From positions 1 through 64,000 of the forward strand of contig CBFGJX010000001.1 of assembly GCA_965649225.1 (NCBI GenBank): a stretch of 64,000 nucleotides of DNA, in the 5' to 3' direction. The notes beneath the pieces are model-generated. The model searched no databases and was not told where the DNA came from. It worked only from the letters and a program-made list of their open reading frames with translations. Positions 9,957 to 19,207 of this stretch are shown in pieces. Origin of the DNA: a candidate division WOR-3 bacterium. GTDB taxonomy: Bacteria > Hydrothermota > Tepidihabitantia > Tepidihabitantales > Tepidihabitantaceae. The position numbers were made by a program, and so were the translations under genes. Every line of letters starts with the position of its first letter. Position 1 is the first letter of the stretch.

Positions 9957-10988
9957 ATGCTCACCCTGCGTTCGCTGAACCGGGACGAACTCGCCCATCT
10001 GACCGACAGTCTCGGCTGGGAACCGTGGCGGGCAAAGTCAATCTGGCGTTGGTTGTGGCACCGCGGCGTCACCGACCCGATGGAAATCACCGACCTGCCG
10101 CTTGTGCACCGCCAACGGCTTGCCGAAATCAGCACGGTTGGGGTGCCGGCGATGCGCCACCGGCGCACCGATTCATCAGGTACTGAGAAGTTCACCTTCG
10201 TCCTCACCGACGGAGCAGTAATTGAAAGCGTTGTCATCCGTGACCGCGAACGCCGTACGGTTTGTGTCTCAACCCAGGCCGGCTGTCCGCTGGGCTGCCG
10301 CTTCTGTGCCACCGGACAAGCCGGCTTCACCCGCAATCTCACCTGGTATGAAATTGCCGGCCAGGTTGTCGACTGTCGGCGACTCAGCAGCGAACAGCCG
10401 ACGAACGTCGTGCTGATGGGGATGGGTGAGCCTTTCCTCAACTATGACGCTTCTGTCGCGGCCGTTCAGGTCATCAATGCAGCCGATGCGATTGGAATCG
10501 GTGCCCGGCACATCACCGTCTCCACTGCCGGCATCCCGGAAGCAATCCGGCGGTTTGCCACTTTGCCGATTCAGGTCAGACTTGCCGTTTCGCTCAATGC
10601 AGCGCGACCGGACCTGCGTGCCCGGCTGATGCCAATCAGCGGCCGGTATCCGCTCGAAAGCGTCATCAAGGCAGTACGAGAATTTGTTGCCACCACCGGA
10701 CGGCGGGTTACCTTCGAGTATGTTCTCTTGGCAGGTGTGAACGACCAGCCGGAAGACATCCGGGCCCTTGCTGAACTCCTCCGCGGAATACCCTGCAAGG
10801 TGAATCTGATTCCTTTCAATCGTTTCCCGGGAACTCAGTTTCGCCCACCGACTACCGAGGCAGTCGAACGCTTCGCCCAGCAGCTCTATCCTCTCCTGCC
10901 AGCCGTTACAATTCGTCGCTCACGGGGCGGCCGGATAGCCGCCGCCTGCGGCCAGCTCGCCGCCGGCAGTACCGCCGGCGATTGTTGA
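9957..10988 (+). CDS. rlmN: 23S rRNA/tRNA m2A methyltransferase RlmN (radical SAM)
   Basis: CVSTQAGCPLGCRFC, MGMGEP, C-terminal AACGQL. Confidence 0.96.
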   Translation: MLTLRSLNRDELAHLTDSLGWEPWRAKSIWRWLWHRGVTDPMEITDLPLVHRQRLAEISTVGVPAMRHRRTDSSGTEKFTFVLTDGAVIESVVIRDRERRTVCVSTQAGCPLGCRFCATGQAGFTRNLTWYEIAGQVVDCRRLSSEQPTNVVLMGMGEPFLNYDASVAAVQVINAADAIGIGARHITVSTAGIPEAIRRFATLPIQVRLAVSLNAARPDLRARLMPISGRYPLESVIKAVREFVATTGRRVTFEYVLLAGVNDQPEDIRALAELLRGIPCKVNLIPFNRFPGTQFRPPTTEAVERFAQQLYPLLPAVTIRRSRGGRIAAACGQLAAGSTAGDC

Positions 10989-11012
10989 CAACGTCTGCTG
11001 GCAATCTACGAT
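10985..11012 (+). promoter_or_regulatory. Promoter TTGACA-N16-TACGAT
   Basis: ttgaca 10985-10990, tacgat 11007-11012, ATG 6 nt later at 11019. Confidence 0.7.
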
Positions 11013-11018
11013 TGCCCG

Positions 11019-11093
11019 ATGCCTCAGCCTGATGTCGAAGGTTCGCCCGTCATGCGGCCCAACCGGCAATCGCTGACAACAACATCACCATGA
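11019..11093 (+). CDS. Possible leaderless 24-aa peptide MPQPDVEGSPVMRPNRQSLTTTSP
   Basis: ATG at the predicted transcription start; its TGA overlaps the ATG of the next gene (ATGA). Confidence 0.35.
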   Translation: MPQPDVEGSPVMRPNRQSLTTTSP

Positions 11094-11353
11094 CAAGACT
11101 GCTGATATATTTAGTCATCGGGACGCTGCTGGCGCTGGCTGGAGTTGCGCTGATGGTCTTTGGCCGTTTTCACGACAGCCTGGCAACGCAACTGTTTGGC
11201 GTCGCAATCTACGCGGCCGCCGTGCCGCTGTTGTTTCAGGCGAAACTGACCAAGCTCGAGCAGCGAATTCGCCATCTCGAGCACCGGCTGCTTGAAGACC
11301 ACCGACCGCGCGAGTGTTCAGCAGCAAAGCCGGCACCGGACGAAGACGAATAG
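11090..11353 (+). CDS. Small hypothetical membrane protein (2 TM plus coiled-coil tail)
   Basis: Two hydrophobic segments followed by LTKLEQRIRHLE. Confidence 0.7.
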   Translation: MTRLLIYLVIGTLLALAGVALMVFGRFHDSLATQLFGVAIYAAAVPLLFQAKLTKLEQRIRHLEHRLLEDHRPRECSAAKPAPDEDE

Positions 11354-11394
11354 CCTTTGATCGCTGATTACCGCTTTCCCGGAGAATCCCGAAC

Positions 11395-12318
11395 ATGAAT
11401 CAACCAACCGGTCTTCTTTTCCCCGGCCAAGGGTCCCAGTACGTCGGCATGGGAGCAGACCTCTACGAGCAGTTTCCCACTGCCCGCGAGATTTATGACC
11501 GGGCCGAAGACATTCTCGAGCTGCCAGTCAAACAACTGTCGTTTTCCGGTCCCGAAAACCAGCTTCGCGAAACCCGCTACACTCAACCTGCAATTCTGGT
11601 CCATTCGATGGCGGCGCTTGCCTGCCTGCCCGGCGCCGCCAGTGCGGCCCTGGCCGCCGGCCACAGCCTCGGCGAGTACTCTGCACTCTACGCTGCCGGT
11701 GCGCTGGACTTCCGGTCGGCACTGCTGCTGGTCAAACGCCGCGGTGAGCTGATGTTTGCCGAGGGCGAAAGAAATCCGGGCACGATGGCGGCAATAATCG
11801 GGCTGGACGCCGCGACGGTCGAACTGATCTGTCGCGAAACGCCTGGCATTGTCGTTCCGGCCAACTACAACGAGCCTCGTCAGACAGTCATATCCGGCGA
11901 GGTTGAAGCCGTGAAAGCCGCTGCCGAAACTGCCCGTCAGCGCGGCGCGCTCAAGGTCGTGATGCTGCCGGTATCCGGCGCATTTCATTCGCCGCTGTTG
12001 ACTCAGTCAGCGACCGAGTTTGCCGAATATCTTGCCGGTTTTCCGATCGCCAACGCCCGGTTTCCAGTCATTGCCAACGTAACTGCCGAACCGGAGACCG
12101 ACGCCGCCCGAATCCGGACCAATCTTTCCCGCCAGCTCATCAGCCCGGTTCGCTGGACCGACACAATACTGACTGCCCGAACTTCAGGCTGCCGTGATTA
12201 CTTTGAGGTCGGCCCCGGCTCGGTACTTGCCGGGCTGACCCGCCGCATCGACCGCGAGCTGAATGTCCGCGCGGCTGGCAAAGCCAGCGAGCTGACTCAG
12301 CTGCAGAAAGGTAGCTGA
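11395..12318 (+). CDS. fabD: Malonyl-CoA:ACP transacylase
   Basis: FPGQGSQ, TQPAI, GHSLGEY, VSGAFHS, EVGPG. Confidence 0.97.
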   Translation: MNQPTGLLFPGQGSQYVGMGADLYEQFPTAREIYDRAEDILELPVKQLSFSGPENQLRETRYTQPAILVHSMAALACLPGAASAALAAGHSLGEYSALYAAGALDFRSALLLVKRRGELMFAEGERNPGTMAAIIGLDAATVELICRETPGIVVPANYNEPRQTVISGEVEAVKAAAETARQRGALKVVMLPVSGAFHSPLLTQSATEFAEYLAGFPIANARFPVIANVTAEPETDAARIRTNLSRQLISPVRWTDTILTARTSGCRDYFEVGPGSVLAGLTRRIDRELNVRAAGKASELTQLQKGS

Positions 12319-12322
12319 CAAC

Positions 12323-12607
12323 TTGCAGTGGCGGCTGTTACTGCTGACCTTTGCCACCGTCTTTCTGGCCGAGCTGGGCGATAAGACTCAGCTGGCGACC
12401 TTTTCCTTCGCCTGCTCCAATCGCACCGGATTCTGGTCGGTCTTCATCGGCAGCGCCCTGGCCCTGATTGCCAGCTCACTGCTCGCCACCTGTCTTGGTT
12501 CAGTGGTATCTCGCTGGCTGCCAATCCGCTGGGTTCATCTCGCCGCCGGTCTGTTGTTCGTTGTGCTGGGAATCCTGCTGGTACTCCGGGCTGTCCGGCC
12601 CGCGTGA
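12323..12607 (+). CDS. TMEM165/GDT1 (UPF0016) family protein, single repeat
   Basis: FLAELGDKTQL motif, about 3 TM. Confidence 0.92.
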   Translation: MQWRLLLLTFATVFLAELGDKTQLATFSFACSNRTGFWSVFIGSALALIASSLLATCLGSVVSRWLPIRWVHLAAGLLFVVLGILLVLRAVRPA

Positions 12608-13764
12608 AACTAAAAGTCACTCCCGAAGATTTCATTGTCCGCGAGCGTCTGGCGCTCAAACTGAAGCCGGCCGGGGCCTATTCCGTTTACCGCCTCGAGA
12701 AACGCCATTGGAACACTCTGGACTGCATCGACCACCTCGCCCGTCGTCACGGGCTGCGACCGCTCGCCCGCGCCGGGCTGAAAGACCGCCACGCGTTGAC
12801 CACGCAGTACCTTTCTCTGCCCGGCAGTGGCCCCCGCCTCGTACGGGAAGCCAACTACTGTCTTCGTCTGGTTGGCAAGGCTGACGAGCCGGTATCCCCT
12901 GCGCTGCTGATCGGCAACGACTTCATCATCACCATCCGTTCTCTGACTGCCACTGAACTAGAGTCGTTCCAGACCAACCTTAGACTCGTCCGGCAGTACG
13001 GACTGCCGAACTACTTTGACGAACAACGATTCGGGTCCGCCCGCCATGCCGAGGGTTTCATCGCCCGCCGACTCGCCGACGGCCATCTCAACGGCGCGCT
13101 GAAGCTCTATCTGGCAACGCCGGCCGCGACCGACCCGCCCGCCGTCCGTAGAACCAAGCAGGCTCTGGCCGCCCACTGGGGCGACTGGCAGACATGCGTT
13201 CGGCTGGCAGCGAACGAAGCGAAACCGGCGCTCGACCATCTCGTCCGGAACCGAACTGACTTCGCCGGCGCCATCCGTCGCCTGCCGCGCGCCCTGCTCG
13301 AGTTGTTTCTTAACGTTTGGCAATCCTGGCTCTGGAACGAAACGGTCGTTGAGCTGATTCGCAGTCTGGGCGTCAAGAGTTCCACGCTGGACTACTCCCA
13401 GGGCCAGCTGGTCTTCTGGCACCAGTTGACCCCGGAGCAGATGAAATTCCTGGGCCACGCAGTGCTGCCGACTGCAGCTCCGGGAATCAGCTTCGCCAGC
13501 GAACGCGTTGGACGCGCCGCCGCAGCTGTTTTCGAGCGCGAGAACATCAGGCCCGAACGCCTCCGGCTACCCGTCAGAATCCCCGGTGTCTATTTCAAAT
13601 CCTTCGAACGGCAGATCCTGCTCCGTCCGACCCGACTTCACCTGTCGGCTCCCGCCGATGACGAACGCTATCCCGGCCGCTCTAAACTCCGCCTCAGTTT
13701 TCAGCTTCCGCCCGGTTCTTACGCAACCATAGTCGTCAAGCGTTTGTCCCTCAATACCAAGTGA
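12604..13764 (+). CDS. truD: tRNA pseudouridine(13) synthase TruD
   Basis: PEDFIVRE, AGLKDRHA (catalytic Asp), PNYFDEQRFG, QSWLWN, LPPGSYAT. Confidence 0.95.
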   Translation: MKLKVTPEDFIVRERLALKLKPAGAYSVYRLEKRHWNTLDCIDHLARRHGLRPLARAGLKDRHALTTQYLSLPGSGPRLVREANYCLRLVGKADEPVSPALLIGNDFIITIRSLTATELESFQTNLRLVRQYGLPNYFDEQRFGSARHAEGFIARRLADGHLNGALKLYLATPAATDPPAVRRTKQALAAHWGDWQTCVRLAANEAKPALDHLVRNRTDFAGAIRRLPRALLELFLNVWQSWLWNETVVELIRSLGVKSSTLDYSQGQLVFWHQLTPEQMKFLGHAVLPTAAPGISFASERVGRAAAAVFERENIRPERLRLPVRIPGVYFKSFERQILLRPTRLHLSAPADDERYPGRSKLRLSFQLPPGSYATIVVKRLSLNTK

Positions 13765-16541
13765 CAAATCTTGTTTTTATCTTACTTCTCGGTATTCCCG
13801 GCAGCCTTGACCTCAATCCCAGATTGCGCTGGTACACACTTGAAACTGACCACTTCACTGTCCACCTGCCAGCGCATGGATTACCCGACGCTGCGGAGCT
13901 CGAACTACCCCTGGAGCTGTCTGCCATCGCTGAAGAGATTCACCCCCGGCTTGTTGCCTTCACCGGCTGGAGTCCAGCCGAAAAAACCAACGTAATCGTG
14001 GCCGATTTCTTCGATTACAGCAACGGCTGGGCCGCCCCGTTACCCAACAATACCATCACCATCCTGCCCAGCCTGCCCGCCGGTGACCGGACAAATTACG
14101 ACAATTGGCTGAGAACTCTGTTCGTTCACGAATACACCCACATCCTGCAGCTGGATGCCGCCCGAAACGGAATGGCATTCCTGCGCCGTGTTTTTGGCCG
14201 ACTGATAATGCCGCTGGCGCTGGCTCCCGCCTGGCTGCATGAAGGCTACGCCATCCGCGCCGAAACACGCTTCTCCCGGTTCGGTCGCAACCGCAGCCCC
14301 GAATACAGCCTGCTGCTCAAAACCGCCGCCCGGTCGGCAACCCTGTTGCCGCCCGACCGCTGCTCGAACTACGAACTCAGACGCTGGCCCGGCGGCCTGG
14401 CGCCATATCTGTACGGCAGCAGCTTCCTTGACTGGCTTGCCGAGAATTTCAATTCGGCTCTGCCCGAATCATTGAATCACGCCCTGGCCCGTTCGCTGCC
14501 CTGGACCGAATCGCATCACCTGCGGCGGCTCACCGGCCACAGTCTCAGTAAGTTGTGGCAAGCCTGGCTGGCCAGCATGTCCGAATCCAGCGAAACCTCC
14601 CACTCCGACACGCCCTCGCTTCAGCTGCTCACCCGGGACGGCTTCTGGAAGTCATCGCCGACCTGGTCCCGTTCGGGTCGGGAGATTTATTACTTTTCCC
14701 GGACTGGTATCGATTACCCGGGCATTCGCGTGCTTGACCGCGCAACCGGCCAGGAAAGAAGACTCTGCCGGAGCGTGGTCAATGGTTCGCTGGCACTCTC
14801 CCGCGACGGCCGGCGGCTGCTGTTCGGCGAACTCAACATCGTCGACAACACATTTGAAATCAGCGACCTGGTCAGCGTTGAGCTGTCGTCTGGTCGAAAA
14901 AGAAGATTGACATCTCAACTGCGCGCCCGGGATCCCGACTGTGCCCCGGACACCAGTCTAATAGTCTTCGTCAGCGAGCAAGCCGGCCGCAATCGTCTTT
15001 GTCTGCTTGATACTATCACCGGCCAGATAAGTTTTCTGGTCGAACCGCAGGAACGGATTGCCTATCACTGCCCACGCTTCTCACCTAACGGTCGCTGGAT
15101 TGCGGTCGGCACGAATCGACCCGGTGGACTAGCCGACATTGAACTGATTGATGTCAGAACCGGCTGGACAACACCTTTGACCGAAGACGCGGCCAACGAT
15201 ATCAACCCGTGCTGGTCGCCGACCGGCCGCTACGTTTACTTCTCTTCTGACCGGACCGGCAGCTGGCAACTCTTCGCCTTTGAAATCGCTACCGGCAGGT
15301 TCTGGCAGTGCACCGACTTAAGCACCGGAATATTTCAACCTGCGATCGCACCTGACAACCGCTCTATTGTCGCGATCACAGGCGGCCCGGCCGGTGAGGA
15401 AATCGCTGTCCTGCCCGTCGATGCGTCAGGCTGGCGTCGTGTCGCTTCCGAATCCCTCGACCAAGACCAGACGCTGACCACGCTGCCCGTCGAAGATAAC
15501 CACCCTGCCCATTCTGCTCACATTGGCACGAACCAGCCAACACTCTACTACTACAGCCCCTGGCCGACGCTGCGACCAAGATTCTGGTTGCCTGACATCA
15601 GTCTCAGCCCCGAGCTCCGAACCGGTGCTTTGGTACTGGGTTGGGACGCACTGGCAATCCACCGCTACAGCTTCGCTGCCGGCTATGCAGTCACGTCGCG
15701 CTCACCATATGTCATCGGCAGCTACAGTTACTGGAACTGGTATCTCAAACCGACTCTGGCGATTACGGCAACAATACCAGCCCAGAACGGCGAGATTGTC
15801 GTCGGTTTGCCGTTGCGTTCTTACTGGTCGAGACACTGGCTTGACTTCGCCATCTCTCTTCAACACGATTCAGCCTTCACCGGTCAAATCTCGACATCCT
15901 GGTCCTGGTCAACGACCTTCATCGGCCGGTTCGCCGTTGCTCCCACGCGCGGCCACACTCTCGGGATTGCTGTTGAGCACAGCGGACCGGAAACCTTCAC
16001 CTCTCACCGGTTAACACGAACCTTTGCTGTTGCCTCAATCTACTCCAGCATCATCCGCCGTGACTGGAGTCTGCGAGTTCGGCTTGCCGGTGGTATCGCC
16101 CTCGGCGAACCCGATTACGTCAAGCATGCCCTCCGGCTTACCGGTGGCCGTGGACCATTGGCTGTCAGAGGATTCTCATCGCTCGACCGGGACGGCCCGG
16201 CACTCGCGACCGCCAGCCTCCAGTTGCACACCCCGATCTATTGGGTCGAACGCGGCCTTGGCAGCCTGCCTGTTTTTGTCCGCAACCTGAATGTCGCACC
16301 CTTCATCGACGCCGGCGCTGTAAGCGTCACCGACACAGTCTGGCTCGGAACCGGAGTCGAACTGGGGGTCGATTTTCTGCTCTCGCACCTGCTTCCGGCC
16401 CGCCTGTCCTTCGGTACCGCCGTCGGCCTGCTGCCTCAGCGCGACCACCAGTTCTACCTGACATTGTCCTCCGAATTGTTGTCAACCCTGACGGCCCGAC
16501 CCGTTTCGGGATTGCGCCGAATGTTAGCGCAGGCCGACTGA
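13761..16541 (+). CDS. Zn-metallopeptidase (MA clan) + TolB/PD40 beta-propeller + Omp85-like C-terminal barrel protein
   Basis: ETDHF, HEYTH (HExxH), PAWLHEGYA, repeated PxWSPxG units, C-terminal VRGF and FIDAG barrel motifs. Confidence 0.8.
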   Translation: MTNLVFILLLGIPGSLDLNPRLRWYTLETDHFTVHLPAHGLPDAAELELPLELSAIAEEIHPRLVAFTGWSPAEKTNVIVADFFDYSNGWAAPLPNNTITILPSLPAGDRTNYDNWLRTLFVHEYTHILQLDAARNGMAFLRRVFGRLIMPLALAPAWLHEGYAIRAETRFSRFGRNRSPEYSLLLKTAARSATLLPPDRCSNYELRRWPGGLAPYLYGSSFLDWLAENFNSALPESLNHALARSLPWTESHHLRRLTGHSLSKLWQAWLASMSESSETSHSDTPSLQLLTRDGFWKSSPTWSRSGREIYYFSRTGIDYPGIRVLDRATGQERRLCRSVVNGSLALSRDGRRLLFGELNIVDNTFEISDLVSVELSSGRKRRLTSQLRARDPDCAPDTSLIVFVSEQAGRNRLCLLDTITGQISFLVEPQERIAYHCPRFSPNGRWIAVGTNRPGGLADIELIDVRTGWTTPLTEDAANDINPCWSPTGRYVYFSSDRTGSWQLFAFEIATGRFWQCTDLSTGIFQPAIAPDNRSIVAITGGPAGEEIAVLPVDASGWRRVASESLDQDQTLTTLPVEDNHPAHSAHIGTNQPTLYYYSPWPTLRPRFWLPDISLSPELRTGALVLGWDALAIHRYSFAAGYAVTSRSPYVIGSYSYWNWYLKPTLAITATIPAQNGEIVVGLPLRSYWSRHWLDFAISLQHDSAFTGQISTSWSWSTTFIGRFAVAPTRGHTLGIAVEHSGPETFTSHRLTRTFAVASIYSSIIRRDWSLRVRLAGGIALGEPDYVKHALRLTGGRGPLAVRGFSSLDRDGPALATASLQLHTPIYWVERGLGSLPVFVRNLNVAPFIDAGAVSVTDTVWLGTGVELGVDFLLSHLLPARLSFGTAVGLLPQRDHQFYLTLSSELLSTLTARPVSGLRRMLAQAD

Positions 16542-16551
16542 GCACCAGAAA

Positions 16552-16581
16552 GCCATGGCCGGCCGCATGGCCGGCCATGGC
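16552..16581. terminator. Perfect 13-bp hairpin between convergent genes
   Basis: gccatggccggcc-gcat-ggccggccatggc. Confidence 0.75.
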
Positions 16582-16596
16582 AACGACCACTCTCAG

Positions 16597-16917
16597 TTAC
16601 TTACCGCAGATCGGACACTTTGCTTCTGTGCCATCCGGCGGCCGCGGGTGCGAGCTTTCATCAATCACGCCGCGGTCAAGATGCTTGTGAAACGCATAGC
16701 AGTGATTGATGTAGGCCTCCCGTGAGGAAAGTGCCGGCTCGTACCAGAAAAACTGGTACTCAGGCCAGTGAGACTTGATCTTGTCGCGCAGGTTATGCTC
16801 GGCACGCCCGATAAAGCTGACCTGCCGCGAGTTGCGTGACAGACAGTAGACCCCGCCGACCCTGTTGGGCACAGAGATATCGACATGCAGGGGCCGTAGC
16901 AGATATGGACCACGCAT
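16597..16917 (-). CDS. Small GIY-YIG-like protein with C-terminal HP..CPIC motif
   Basis: GVYCL..FIGRA..LRDKIKSH pattern; SD AGGAGG before the ATG; own promoter. Confidence 0.75.
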   Translation of the reverse strand: MRGPYLLRPLHVDISVPNRVGGVYCLSRNSRQVSFIGRAEHNLRDKIKSHWPEYQFFWYEPALSSREAYINHCYAFHKHLDRGVIDESSHPRPPDGTEAKCPICGK

Positions 16918-17005
16918 GCTGCCTCCTGATACTCACCAGTGGGATAGTACCAATACACTCTCTGACATCGAAAGTAACCCGTTCGGGCTGTTCGCGCTCG
17001 ATTAA

Positions 17006-17034
17006 ATTATACCCGACAACGGTCAGCCGGTCAA
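17006..17034 (-). promoter_or_regulatory. Promoter TTGACC-N17-TATAAT for the GIY-YIG-like gene
   Basis: Reverse complement of attata (17006-17011) and ggtcaa (17029-17034). Confidence 0.75.
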
Positions 17035-17054
17035 GGCAACCACCGGCGAAACCG

Positions 17055-18509
17055 TTATCTGGCGGTCAGAACCCGCTTGACGGACGCGCCCTCACTACCA
17101 GCGACTCGAACAAAGAACACCCCTTGGCGCAGCGATGCCCTTCCGACGACACCAGGGTCATTTCTCGCCAGCACTCTGCCCGTACAGTCAATGACCTCAA
17201 CCGGCCCGTTCAAAGGGACGCGGACGCAGGTTCTGGTCCGGGCAAGCCTTGCCGTACTGCTATCCTTTTCTCGCCCCGCCACTACCAGAGCCGCCAGGTC
17301 AAGCGCTCGCCTTGCATTTACCAAGCCGAAACCGTACAGCTCGTCGCGCCCGGCAGCTCCCATGTCAACACTGGCGGCAGCCAGTATGCGCCTGGCGTCA
17401 CCGGCCGTCAAAGCCGGCATTTGTGAAAGAAGCAAGGCCGCCACGCCCGAGACCTGCGGTGTGGCCATTGATGTCCCTGAAGCGAGGGCAAAACTACCGC
17501 CGGGTATGGTTGACGCGATATCAACCCCCGGCGCACAAAGCTCCAACTGGGAGCCGCGATTAGAGAAACTTGCTATTGCCGACGCCGGTGACAATGCTCC
17601 AACCGCTACGCAATCACGGTAGGCAGCCGGAAAATTCACTGCCCACGAACCCTCATTGCCGGCCGCAGCAAGCAGCAGACAGTTTCGGGTGGCCGCGTAG
17701 CTACAGGCGTCGGCCAGCGCAGTCGGTGCGCTGCTGCCTCCGAGGCTCATGTTCAGGACACGACACCCGTTGTCGGCCGCCCAACGGATACCGGATGCCA
17801 GTGCCGAAGTCGTCCCCGTGCCCGAATCTGCCAGCACCTTCACTCCGACCAGCCTGGTCTCCGCCCAACCGGCCAGGCCAATCCGATTGTTGATCGCCGC
17901 CGCAATAATGCCAGCAACGTGAGTACCGTGAAAAGCATAGGGATGACCGGTATCATCCGGCCGCGGGTCAGGGTCGTTGTTGACAAAATCATAGCCCGGG
18001 CTGCCGGGCTCGAATGCCGTTGCCAGGTCCGGGTGATTGTAATCGACACCATTGTCGAGTACTGCCACCCTGACCCCCCTTCCACCAGTAGTCAAATCCC
18101 ACGCCTGGTCGGCGTACATCACCCATTTGTCCCATTGGTATTGACGGAACAAAGGGTCATTGGGAATGAGTGCGGCCCGGACAAAGCAGTCGGGCTCGAC
18201 ATAGCGGATCGCGTCACCGGCGCGCACCGGCCCGCTTCCGGTCGTCACCACCACCGCAAACGCCAGTGCCGTATCGATGCGAACTATCTCTACCCCTGCT
18301 TCCGCGCAAAAAGAGATCGCCTCGGTCAGCTTCCCCGGCTTGAAGCCGACGACATACTGACCCGGGACTGCCGCAACCGGGTCAACAATGCTCGCGGATA
18401 CAGCAGGGGCAATGTCGGCCTCGAGCGATCGGTAGTGCGCCAGTTCAAGCGAACCAACCGGGACGAAATCCGGCCGGTTAAAAGCCAGCATCAGCAGCAA
18501 TGGCAACAT
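17055..18509 (-). CDS. S8 (subtilase/thermitase-like) serine peptidase with C-terminal sorting-like domain
   Basis: Catalytic triad motifs VAVLDNG, HGTHVAG, GTSMATP; oxyanion AAAGN. Confidence 0.95.
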   Translation of the reverse strand: MLPLLLMLAFNRPDFVPVGSLELAHYRSLEADIAPAVSASIVDPVAAVPGQYVVGFKPGKLTEAISFCAEAGVEIVRIDTALAFAVVVTTGSGPVRAGDAIRYVEPDCFVRAALIPNDPLFRQYQWDKWVMYADQAWDLTTGGRGVRVAVLDNGVDYNHPDLATAFEPGSPGYDFVNNDPDPRPDDTGHPYAFHGTHVAGIIAAAINNRIGLAGWAETRLVGVKVLADSGTGTTSALASGIRWAADNGCRVLNMSLGGSSAPTALADACSYAATRNCLLLAAAGNEGSWAVNFPAAYRDCVAVGALSPASAIASFSNRGSQLELCAPGVDIASTIPGGSFALASGTSMATPQVSGVAALLLSQMPALTAGDARRILAAASVDMGAAGRDELYGFGLVNARRALDLAALVVAGREKDSSTARLARTRTCVRVPLNGPVEVIDCTGRVLARNDPGVVGRASLRQGVFFVRVAGSEGASVKRVLTAR

Positions 18510-18511
18510 GG

Positions 18512-19207
18512 CTACTCCAGGTTGAATCGCACCCAGACATTACGTGGTGAACCTTCAGAATTGACAAAGACCAGGTAATACCCACCTGCTGCGGGTACTG
18601 CACGCCTTAACACCAGGCCGGACAGATTCCGCTGTTCCTCCACTGCCTCGTGCGCCTGGCCAGCTCTGAACTTTTCAAAGTTGCTCGCATCCAACCAGGC
18701 AAAACGTGTGAGATTGCCGACCTGAACCAGCAATTCACCGGCAAGAGTGTCACCGGCACCGGCGCTGAAGTGAATTGACGCATAGCTGCCGTTGTTGATG
18801 GTTAGCGTCCCATGATAGACACTTCGCTGATTACCACGGACAATCTGGACTGACAGGGTCTCTGAGAACCCACGGTTACCGGCGAGGTCAACAGCCGCCG
18901 CCCAAATCCGATGCCAGCTCCTGTCAGCCAGGCCATCGGTATCCCACAACGCTTCATAGGGAGCTGAGGAGTCAAACCCGACCATTACGCCCTCAACGAA
19001 AAACTCCACTGACCTAACTCCGAGACTGTCAACTGCATCAGCTTGAAGCGACACCAGACCGCTGACATTGCTGGAGTCGGCCGGGCTACGCAGATAACAA
19101 AAGGGCGGGTCACGGTCAAGGCCCAGCAGCCAGTCGCAGCCGCCGCCCAGAACGACGCAGACGACTGCCAGAACCAGTTTCGCACGCAAGGACTGGCTAT
19201 AATTCAT
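18512..19207 (-). CDS. Ig-like (Big) domain lipoprotein
   Basis: Lipobox LGGGC; VEFFVEG..APYEALWDT..AVDLAGN pattern. Confidence 0.75.
   Translation of the reverse strand: MNYSQSLRAKLVLAVVCVVLGGGCDWLLGLDRDPPFCYLRSPADSSNVSGLVSLQADAVDSLGVRSVEFFVEGVMVGFDSSAPYEALWDTDGLADRSWHRIWAAAVDLAGNRGFSETLSVQIVRGNQRSVYHGTLTINNGSYASIHFSAGAGDTLAGELLVQVGNLTRFAWLDASNFEKFRAGQAHEAVEEQRNLSGLVLRRAVPAAGGYYLVFVNSEGSPRNVWVRFNLE

Noticed and set aside
16552..16581. catggccggcc repeats as a CRISPR or REP element
   Set aside because: It is a single 30-bp palindrome between convergent genes with no spacers, no other copies seen and no cas genes.
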